Shown one piece after another: positions 56,962 through 64,000 of a stretch of DNA of 64,000 nt. A model generated the notes under the pieces. The model was given only the letters and a program-made list of their open reading frames with translations. It was not told where the DNA came from and did not search any database. Source of the DNA: Taishania pollutisoli (lineage in GTDB: Bacteria > Bacteroidota > Bacteroidia > Flavobacteriales_D > Crocinitomicaceae); contig JBEBRN010000002.1 of the NCBI GenBank assembly GCA_040394775.1, positions 10,486-74,485 on the forward strand. Reading direction: 5' to 3'. Each line of letters opens with the position of its first letter. Positions within the stretch are counted from its first letter, which is position 1. The position numbers and the translations under genes were made by a program.

Positions 56962-59900
56962 ATGAACATAACAGAAATATCAATCAAACGTCCATCGCTG
57001 ATTATTGTACTTTTCAGTGTATTTACCTTGTTGGGAGTTATTGGGTATAAAAATCTGAGCTATGAGTTGATGCCGGACTTTAATCAACCTGTGGTGGTGA
57101 TTCGGACCGTTTATCCAGGAGCTGAGCCGAATGAGGTGGAGACATCCGTTTCTCGAAAAATTGAAGATGCACTTTCGAATTTGGAAGGAGTCGATTATTT
57201 GGTAACGAAGTCTTTACCGAATGCGTCCATTATTATTGCGAACCTGAAATATGGAACTGACTTGGATCAAACGATGCAAGATGCGCAGCGTCATATCGAC
57301 AATATACGAAAGGATTTACCGAAGGATATTCTAAATCCTGTAATGAGTAAAGTGTCTCCTAACGACTTACCAATTATGTCGGTGAGTGCAACGAGTGACT
57401 TGAAACCAAGTGCGTTTTTCCAATTATTGAAAGATGATTATTTGCCCCAAATACAACAGATAAAAGGGGTTGCAGAAATAACAGTCTTAGGTGGAGAGGA
57501 ACGAGAGTTTCAGGTAAAAGTAGATAAAGACAAGTTAAAAAGTTATAAGGTTTCGCTCTTTCAACTGGTAGAAGCGATTAATCGTTCAGGAATTGATTTA
57601 CCTGCGGGAAAAATACAAACTGATAAAGAGAGTAATTCCGTTCGTGTTGTAGGTAAGTTTGCGACTATTAGCGATGTGCAAAATGTGCAAATTGCGATGC
57701 CTATGCCGGGAAGTCCAGTTTATATAAGAGATGTAGCTGAAGTTGTCGATGGCATAAAGGACATCAGTTCTGTGAGTCGCTACAATGGTAAAAACGGCGT
57801 TGGATTATTGATTAAAAAACAAGGAGATGCCAACGCAGTCGATGTTTCTAGACTCATTCGAGAGAAATTTCAAACCATCGAAAAACAGCATGCTGGAACG
57901 GGCGCTCATTTTGTCGTAACAGATGATAGTACAGATAATACAATTGCTGCAGTGAACTCTGTTGTTTTTGACTTGATTTTAGCCGTCATATTGGTTTCTT
58001 TAGTGATGCTTTTATTCTTGCGAAGTTTCCGAAATTCATTAATTGTGGCAGTGGCCATTCCGACTTCTTTAATCACCGCTTTTGCAGCAATGTGGTTATT
58101 GGGATATACCTTAAACTTGATGACTTTATTGGCGATGTCATTGGTTATCGGTGTTTTGGTCGATGACGCCACCGTTGTACTTGAGAATATCCAACGCCAT
58201 TTAGATATGGGAAAAGGAAAATGGCAGGCTGCGATGGATGGCCGTATGGAAATCGGTTTTTCTGCTATTTCAATTACTTTAGTCGACGTTGTCGTTTTCG
58301 TACCGATTCTTTTCCTTCAGGTTTTTGTGGCCGACATGTTACAGCAATTTGCGGTCGTTATCGTAGTAACGGTATTAACCAGTTTGTTAGTAGGATTTAC
58401 CCTAACACCTTGGCTAGCTTCACGAATTGGTAAAAAAGAGGACTTACAACCGACGAATTTGTTTAACCGTTTCTTATTGTGGTTTGAGCACAACTTGGAC
58501 AAATTCATTCATTGGTATGGTAGAAAACTCGAATGGGTGTTGAATCACAAACTGATTTTCACAGGCTTTGTATTATTGCTTTTTGTCGGAACGGCGGTCA
58601 TGATGAAACAAGGAATTATTGGTAAAGAGTTAATTGCTACCGGAGACCAAGGAAAGTTCCGTTTGGCCTTAGAGTTTGATAAAAGCACTTCCATTCAGCA
58701 AAATAATTTGGTTTCTGAAAAGATAGAAAACTACATTATGAAGCAACCTGAAGTAGCAACGCTTTTCAGTAATGTCGGTGGGCCAAGTACAGGAATTGGT
58801 AGTTTAGGTGTGGGAATGGCGAACAAAACAGAGTTTACCATTCAGCTCAAAATGGATAAAGAAGAATTGAAAAAAGTTGGTCTTAAGAAAGTTCCTACGG
58901 AAAAATTCATGCGACAATTGAGAAGTGAATTGCAAGATAAATTTCCAAGTATCAACTTCTCAATGATGGCACTAGGATTGGTTCCACGTACGGCACCGAT
59001 TGAAATTACATTGAGTGGAAGTGATATCAGAAATGTGATGGCATCTGCTAATAAACTAAAGGCAGCGATTGAAGCGACACCAGGAGCTGACAATGTGCGT
59101 TTATCTGTTGAAGAAGGAAGTCCCGAATTAAAAGTGACACCAGATAAAGATAAAATGCAACGTTTGGGATTAAATACAGCGTATGTAGGTATGAATTTAC
59201 GAACAGCTTTTACGGGAAATGATGACGCTTCACTGACCGAAAATGGCGTTGAATATCCGATTCGAGTTTGGTTGAATGAGTTTGATCGTCAAAGTTTATC
59301 CGATGTAGAGCAATTGAGTATTGTTAACCCAATGGGAATGCCGATTGAAGTGTCACAATTTGCAAGTGTGGTAAGAGACAATTCTCCTTCTTTGCTAGAA
59401 CGAAAAGACCGTCAACCAGCAGTGACATTAACAGCTGATGCATTGGGAAGACCAGCAGGAACAGTAGCCGATGAGGTAGTAGCATTTGTGAATAAAAATC
59501 CACTTCCAGCAGGTGTTCAGATGACGTGGGGAAGTGATATCAAACGACAAAATGATAGTTTTGGTGCTTTGGGGTCCGTTTTGATTATTTCGTTTATACT
59601 GATTTACCTGATTATGGTCGCTTTGTACGACAGTTATATTTATCCGTTTGTGGCACTGTTTGCCATTCCAGTAGCAGCCATTGGAGCGTTTTTAGCCTTG
59701 AATTTATCCTTGAGCCATTTAAGTTTATTTGCCTTATTAGGACTAATCATGTTGATGGGGCTCGTCACCAAGAACTCTATTTTGATAGTCGATTTTACGA
59801 ATCAAATTAAAGCAGAAGGAACGCACTATCGAGAAGCAATCATTCAAGCGAGTGTAGGTCGTTTACGCCCGATTTTGATGACTACTTTATCCATGGCAAT

Positions 59901-60108
59901 TGGAATGTTACCTATTGCTTTAGCGACGGGAACATCCGCAGAATGGAAAAATGGCTTGGCGTGGGTCATTATTGGAGGATTGCTTTCTTCATTAGCATTG
60001 ACCGTTTTCTTAGTGCCAATGGTGTATGATGTGGTCGATAAAGTGAAAGAGAAATTCAGTCTTAAGAAAACGCTTTCACAAATAGATATTGAAACAGATA
60101 AAGCATAA
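56962..60108 (+). CDS. RND efflux transporter permease
   Basis: 1048 aa, N-terminus ITEISIKRPSLIIVLF. It is a paralogue of the 32648-35749 permease. Confidence 0.93.
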   Translation: MNITEISIKRPSLIIVLFSVFTLLGVIGYKNLSYELMPDFNQPVVVIRTVYPGAEPNEVETSVSRKIEDALSNLEGVDYLVTKSLPNASIIIANLKYGTDLDQTMQDAQRHIDNIRKDLPKDILNPVMSKVSPNDLPIMSVSATSDLKPSAFFQLLKDDYLPQIQQIKGVAEITVLGGEEREFQVKVDKDKLKSYKVSLFQLVEAINRSGIDLPAGKIQTDKESNSVRVVGKFATISDVQNVQIAMPMPGSPVYIRDVAEVVDGIKDISSVSRYNGKNGVGLLIKKQGDANAVDVSRLIREKFQTIEKQHAGTGAHFVVTDDSTDNTIAAVNSVVFDLILAVILVSLVMLLFLRSFRNSLIVAVAIPTSLITAFAAMWLLGYTLNLMTLLAMSLVIGVLVDDATVVLENIQRHLDMGKGKWQAAMDGRMEIGFSAISITLVDVVVFVPILFLQVFVADMLQQFAVVIVVTVLTSLLVGFTLTPWLASRIGKKEDLQPTNLFNRFLLWFEHNLDKFIHWYGRKLEWVLNHKLIFTGFVLLLFVGTAVMMKQGIIGKELIATGDQGKFRLALEFDKSTSIQQNNLVSEKIENYIMKQPEVATLFSNVGGPSTGIGSLGVGMANKTEFTIQLKMDKEELKKVGLKKVPTEKFMRQLRSELQDKFPSINFSMMALGLVPRTAPIEITLSGSDIRNVMASANKLKAAIEATPGADNVRLSVEEGSPELKVTPDKDKMQRLGLNTAYVGMNLRTAFTGNDDASLTENGVEYPIRVWLNEFDRQSLSDVEQLSIVNPMGMPIEVSQFASVVRDNSPSLLERKDRQPAVTLTADALGRPAGTVADEVVAFVNKNPLPAGVQMTWGSDIKRQNDSFGALGSVLIISFILIYLIMVALYDSYIYPFVALFAIPVAAIGAFLALNLSLSHLSLFALLGLIMLMGLVTKNSILIVDFTNQIKAEGTHYREAIIQASVGRLRPILMTTLSMAIGMLPIALATGTSAEWKNGLAWVIIGGLLSSLALTVFLVPMVYDVVDKVKEKFSLKKTLSQIDIETDKA

Positions 60109-60165
60109 AGGGAATTGGAATGCGGCATTTTAAAACTACTTTTGTATAACATAAATTAGAATACT

Positions 60166-60615
60166 ATGAAATTTGTTTTAACCCTAATTTTGGGATTATT
60201 CCTGCTGTTTTTCTTCGGTTCATTTACTAAAGATTCGACGGATAATTATTCCGTGAAAATTGAAGTAGAAAACTTACGAAATGAAAAAGGGCACGTCCAA
60301 TTTGCATTGTATAATAAAGACGGTTCTATTCCAGATGAACATTATAAGAAGTTCTATAAAATGGGAACAGCCGAAATTGTTGACGGTAAATCCACTTATA
60401 CATTTACCAATTTATCCGAGGGAACGTATGCCGTGAATATTCTACATGACGAAGATAAAAATGGCAAAATTGACAAAGGATTTATTTTACCAAAAGAAGG
60501 AATCGGTTTTTCGAATTATCAATCTATTGGACTTTCTAATCGACCTAGTTTTCCAAAAGCGAGCTTTGTCGTTAAGGGAGATCGAAAGATTAAGGTGAAG
60601 GTGATTTATATGTGA
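60166..60615 (+). CDS. Secreted DUF2141-family protein
   Basis: Signal peptide, then NLRNEKGHVQFALYN...ILHDEDKNGKIDKGFILPKEGIGFSN, which matches the DUF2141 pattern as I remember it. Confidence 0.75.
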   Translation: MKFVLTLILGLFLLFFFGSFTKDSTDNYSVKIEVENLRNEKGHVQFALYNKDGSIPDEHYKKFYKMGTAEIVDGKSTYTFTNLSEGTYAVNILHDEDKNGKIDKGFILPKEGIGFSNYQSIGLSNRPSFPKASFVVKGDRKIKVKVIYM

Positions 60616-60690
60616 TATTTTCTATGATATAGAACACTTTTTTAAGAGTTCGAAGACGTGAAAAAATTGTAGAGCTCAATTAGAGTAATT

Positions 60691-61407
60691 CTAAACCTTT
60701 TTAAAATATTTAAAAACATCTTCTCTAAAGGGAGAACTAACTGGAATTATTTTGTCTTCTATCAGTAAAGTACTTTTATCAAACCCATCTATATTCGATA
60801 AATTCACAATATAAGAACGGTGAACTCTTATTAATTGAGGAGAAGATAATTGTTTTTGAAAATGATTTAAATTAAAAGAAAACGTGTAATTGCTATCTTT
60901 TGCATAGACTGTACAATAGCTTCCATCAGCCTCAATATACAATACGTCTTCTAAAAGTACTTTTCGGTGATATTCTCCCTGTTTGACAAAAATAGCATCT
61001 AGTTGAATATTTTTTTCCTCGTTTTGAATGACAGCTTCGTTATGTCTGTTTAATGCTAATTCAATAGCAATGACTAAATCCCTGTAATGATAGGGCTTCG
61101 TTATAAAGGCATGTGGTCCCGTTTTTATAGCTCTAGAGACAAATTGAGAACTCGTATTTGACGTAACATAAATGATGGGCATAGGAAATTGTTCGTTGAT
61201 GATTTTGGCTGTCTCAATTCCATCTATATTACCTTTGATATTAATATCCATTAAAATTACATGAGGAAGATTCTCTTCGATAGATTTTAAGGCTTCATCG
61301 CTAGACATAGCAATACCTGTTATTTCAAAACCATCTGCGGTTAAATCGCTAGCAATATCTTCTGCGATTAGAACTTCATCCTCAACAATGAGTATTTTAA
61401 TTTTCAT
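60691..61407 (-). CDS. LytTR-family response regulator
   Basis: Receiver domain (ILIVEDE, phospho-acceptor in VILMDINI) plus a C-terminal LytTR domain (IEADGSYCTVY..IRVHRSYIVNL). Confidence 0.92.
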   Translation of the reverse strand: MKIKILIVEDEVLIAEDIASDLTADGFEITGIAMSSDEALKSIEENLPHVILMDINIKGNIDGIETAKIINEQFPMPIIYVTSNTSSQFVSRAIKTGPHAFITKPYHYRDLVIAIELALNRHNEAVIQNEEKNIQLDAIFVKQGEYHRKVLLEDVLYIEADGSYCTVYAKDSNYTFSFNLNHFQKQLSSPQLIRVHRSYIVNLSNIDGFDKSTLLIEDKIIPVSSPFREDVFKYFKKV

Positions 61408-63405
61408 TTAAACGAGTTTATAATCTTTAATTAAAATGGAGTAATTTAATCCATCTTCATAGATGAGTGTCAATTCTCCATTTAATTGTCGAATTAAAGA
61501 CTTAACAAGTTTTGAGCCAAAAGATACTGAGTTATTAATTTCATCTGGATTTCCTTTTCCGTTATCTTTGATTTGTAGAACTAATCCCTCTGGTTTTTGC
61601 TCTAGTTTCACGGTTAATTTAGGTGATTCAATGTTGGTGTATGCGTACTTAAACGCATTGATAACCAATTCATTAATGATTAATCCAATTGGAATAGCGG
61701 TGTCCACATCTAATTTTACTCTATCTAGACTTGTGTTTACTTCTATTAAGGATTGATTGACACCAAATGAATCCATTAATCCATCTATTAACTTCACGGT
61801 ATAATCATTCATTTCGATACCCGAGAAATTGTCGTTTTGATAGAGCATTTTGTGAATTAACCCCATGGATTTAACTCGCTCTTTACCTTCCGATATTGCT
61901 CTTTTAGCGGATTCGTCGGTGATACTCTTTTCTTGTAAACTTAATAGACTCGAAATAACTTGAAGATTATTCTTCACCCGGTGATGAATTTCACCCAAAA
62001 GCACTTTGTTTTCATTATTTTGCTTTTCAATAATAGCCTTCTGTTTACGTGATAATTTTAGCTTTTGATAGAAGATGATAAAGAAGATGATGACAATTAG
62101 AAGAAGTAAAATAACACTTACTAATATAATATATTGAACCTGAGATTTTGCTTTTTCAACAGCCATGTCACGCTTGTAATCTTTCTTTTGTTGAGCAATT
62201 GTTTCTTCTTTTTGTTTCGTGTCGAACTCTGTTTCTAATCGTGCAGCATTATTTTTATATTCTACGGTATTTAAACTATCACTAATTTCAGAATATGAAA
62301 TGTAATAATCCAACGCTTCCTTATAACGCCCTGTTTCTTGATATGCCTTTGATAATCCTTTATAGGCATTCATCTTGAGATTCGGCGTTTCTATTTCATC
62401 ACAAATAACCATTCCTTTTTTGTAGTCATCGATTGCCCCTGAATAATCCTTTAGTTTCATTTTCAAGTTTCCGATGTTAATTAAAGAAGTAGCTAATCCA
62501 CTTCTATCTTTAATTTCTTCTTTAATAGCTAAACTCTTTAAATGGTAGTCTAATGCTTTTTTGTAATCTTTGAGATCATCGTAAACGAGCGCAATATTAT
62601 TATAGATGGTGCCTAAATAAAATGGACTATTTAATTTTTCAAAATAATGTAATGACTTTAAGTTGTAGATTAATGCACTGTCTAGGCGATTCAACTGTTG
62701 ATATATCATTCCAATATTACCATACGAAGTGGCAACAAACTGCTCGTCATTCATTAACACATGAATATGAGCCGATTTCTTATAATACATTAATGCTTGG
62801 TCAAAGTCGCTTAAGTAATACATGACATTTCCAATGTTACTATAGCTTGAAGCTATTCCCAAAGAGTCACGGGCTATTTTAAATTCACGATTACTTTGCG
62901 TATGGTATTCCATTGCCTCCTTATACTTTCCAGTATTTTCAAATATATGTCCCATTCCAGAATAACTGTCACCTATTCCTTTGTTATAATTAGAACGATT
63001 ACCTAATTGAGCGGCAATTAGATAGTATTTTTTAGCGTTATCGAATTCCGTTAAATTCTTGTACGATATCGCAATTCGATTGATTTGATCGATACTTTCT
63101 CTATTGGTGGAGTCATTTTGCAATTTAATAAAAGTATTAAACTCAGTGATGGCTTCCGCGAACTTCCCTTTTTTCTGTAACAGATATCCCTTAAGGAAAT
63201 GATATTGAGATTGTGCATATAGATTCGATTTCGTAGTCTCTTTCCGAAAGGCTTCTAACATTACATTGGCAGAATCATTATTAGACTGAATGTATTGTTT
63301 GATTTTTCCTACTTTGATATTAACGGCTAAACTATCACTACTGAATCCATTCATATGAAAGTTAGCTAAAAGTAGAAAAATTAATAGTGTTCTAAAGTTT
63401 TTCAT
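61408..63405 (-). CDS. TPR-repeat sensor histidine kinase (HisKA_2-type H-box)
   Basis: Signal peptide, about 8 TPR-like repeats, a single TM segment (YIILVSVILLLLIVIIFFIIF), H-box EIHHRVKNNLQVISSLLSLQ and an HATPase domain. I prefer ATG 63405 over TTG 63417. It abuts the regulator gene. Confidence 0.88.
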   Translation of the reverse strand: MKNFRTLLIFLLLANFHMNGFSSDSLAVNIKVGKIKQYIQSNNDSANVMLEAFRKETTKSNLYAQSQYHFLKGYLLQKKGKFAEAITEFNTFIKLQNDSTNRESIDQINRIAISYKNLTEFDNAKKYYLIAAQLGNRSNYNKGIGDSYSGMGHIFENTGKYKEAMEYHTQSNREFKIARDSLGIASSYSNIGNVMYYLSDFDQALMYYKKSAHIHVLMNDEQFVATSYGNIGMIYQQLNRLDSALIYNLKSLHYFEKLNSPFYLGTIYNNIALVYDDLKDYKKALDYHLKSLAIKEEIKDRSGLATSLINIGNLKMKLKDYSGAIDDYKKGMVICDEIETPNLKMNAYKGLSKAYQETGRYKEALDYYISYSEISDSLNTVEYKNNAARLETEFDTKQKEETIAQQKKDYKRDMAVEKAKSQVQYIILVSVILLLLIVIIFFIIFYQKLKLSRKQKAIIEKQNNENKVLLGEIHHRVKNNLQVISSLLSLQEKSITDESAKRAISEGKERVKSMGLIHKMLYQNDNFSGIEMNDYTVKLIDGLMDSFGVNQSLIEVNTSLDRVKLDVDTAIPIGLIINELVINAFKYAYTNIESPKLTVKLEQKPEGLVLQIKDNGKGNPDEINNSVSFGSKLVKSLIRQLNGELTLIYEDGLNYSILIKDYKLV

Positions 63406-63518
63406 AGGTGGATACAAATAGTTAATGATTACAAATATAATTATTTAATGCATAATTAATTAGTTGTTTGGATGTTTCATGAAATATACTTTTATAAAAA
63501 AACCAAGCTTCTAAAATA

Positions 63519-63566
63519 CTTTACAAAGGGAATGTGCTTACTTGTAAAGGAATAGTATATGCTTAC
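63519..63566. promoter_or_regulatory. Imperfect direct repeats, candidate LytTR binding site
   Basis: TTACAAAGGGAAT..TGCTTAC (63521-63541) is followed by TTGTAAAGGAAT..TGCTTAC (63542-63566). The AAAGG(G)AAT cores are offset by about 21 nt. Confidence 0.35.
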
Positions 63567-63660
63567 AAAAAAGAATATTTCAGTTGAGAAATAATACGGA
63601 ATTTCACTTTTAATTAAATAAGCTACGAGCTATTTTAAAAATAGAATTAAATAATAAATT

Positions 63661-64000
63661 ATGATAAAAAAAGTAACTTTAATTGCTCTTGTACTCATGA
63701 GCATCAACCTTGTTTTTGCTCAAAGTATGGTGAAAGACATTAATCCAACTACTTCGAGTTCGCCGAATGAATTTGCAGCTCTAGGCTACGACTTGTATTT
63801 TTCCGCTGATGATGGAACAAACGGTAGAGAGTTATGGAAAAGTGATGGAACGGCTACTGGAACTGTAATGGTTAAGAATATTAGATCTTCTTCAGGTAGT
63901 TCTAATCCAAGATATTTAAAGGCATTCAATGGTAAGGTATATTTTTCAGCAGATGACGGAACTGGGGAAGCTTTATGGATGAGCGATGGAACTGCATCAG
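63661..64000 (+). CDS. ELWxxDGT-repeat secreted protein, 3' end beyond the window
   Basis: ATG at 63661 and signal peptide MIKKVTLIALVLMSINLVFAQ. Repeats GRELWKSDGTATGT and GEALWMSDGTAS are present. The frame is open to the end of the window, which is why it is absent from the ORF track. Confidence 0.85.
   Translation, partial: MIKKVTLIALVLMSINLVFAQSMVKDINPTTSSSPNEFAALGYDLYFSADDGTNGRELWKSDGTATGTVMVKNIRSSSGSSNPRYLKAFNGKVYFSADDGTGEALWMSDGTAS

Noticed and set aside
63472-63555. 27-codon ORF (MFHEIYFYKKTKLLKYFTKGMCLLVKE) divergent from the kinase/LytTR operon, considered as a possible signalling-peptide precursor.
   Set aside because: It has no leader-peptide features such as a double-glycine motif, and no adjacent processing or export genes. 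It overlaps the candidate operator repeats, and an ORF of this size is expected by chance in AT-rich DNA.
1-64000. Search for tRNA, rRNA, tmRNA, RNase P and SRP RNA signatures, IS elements, integrases and phage or defence genes.
   Set aside because: No GGTTCGAATCC-type T-arm in an intergenic context turned up. Conserved RNase P and tmRNA motifs were also absent, as were transposase- or integrase-like ORFs. This was an eye scan only, so small ncRNAs cannot be excluded.

Overview
AT-rich, densely coding 64 kb of chromosome. I assign it to Bacteroidota, most likely a Flavobacteriia-like gliding bacterium. The grounds are T9SS type A and type B C-terminal sorting domains, TAnnTTTG-type -7 promoter boxes, absent Shine-Dalgarno sites and an ELWxxDGT-repeat protein. 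Most of the window is ordinary core genome: pgk, selD-selU, nrdAB, paaABCD, uvrC, feoAB, tadA, a glutathione peroxidase, rluD, dusB, rimP-nusA-infB and asd. Interspersed are secreted T9SS cargo proteins, two TolC/MFP/RND efflux operons and a TPR histidine kinase with a LytTR regulator. I found no rRNA, tRNA, CRISPR array, integrase, transposase or recognisable defence genes, so nothing here looks like a mobile or defence island. I do not see a convincing multi-gene novel system. The best leads are these: (1) a 1380-aa secreted protein built from four lamin-tail-domain modules, where a 517-nt block is about 99% identical between two adjacent modules while the rest of those modules has diverged; (2) an efflux locus with unusual passengers, TetR / cytochrome b561 / TolC / MFP / RND / DUF2141, carrying AATTCGTAATT-based hairpins in two internal spacers and a textbook TetR promoter-operator layout; (3) an inverted pair of ~85-88-nt GC-rich triple-hairpin elements starting 3 nt after selD; (4) an unlisted 41-codon FeoB-associated Cys-rich ORF; (5) a 0.5 kb unexplained non-coding block upstream of an orphan scoB. 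All function calls rest on motif recognition by eye, and no database search was run.
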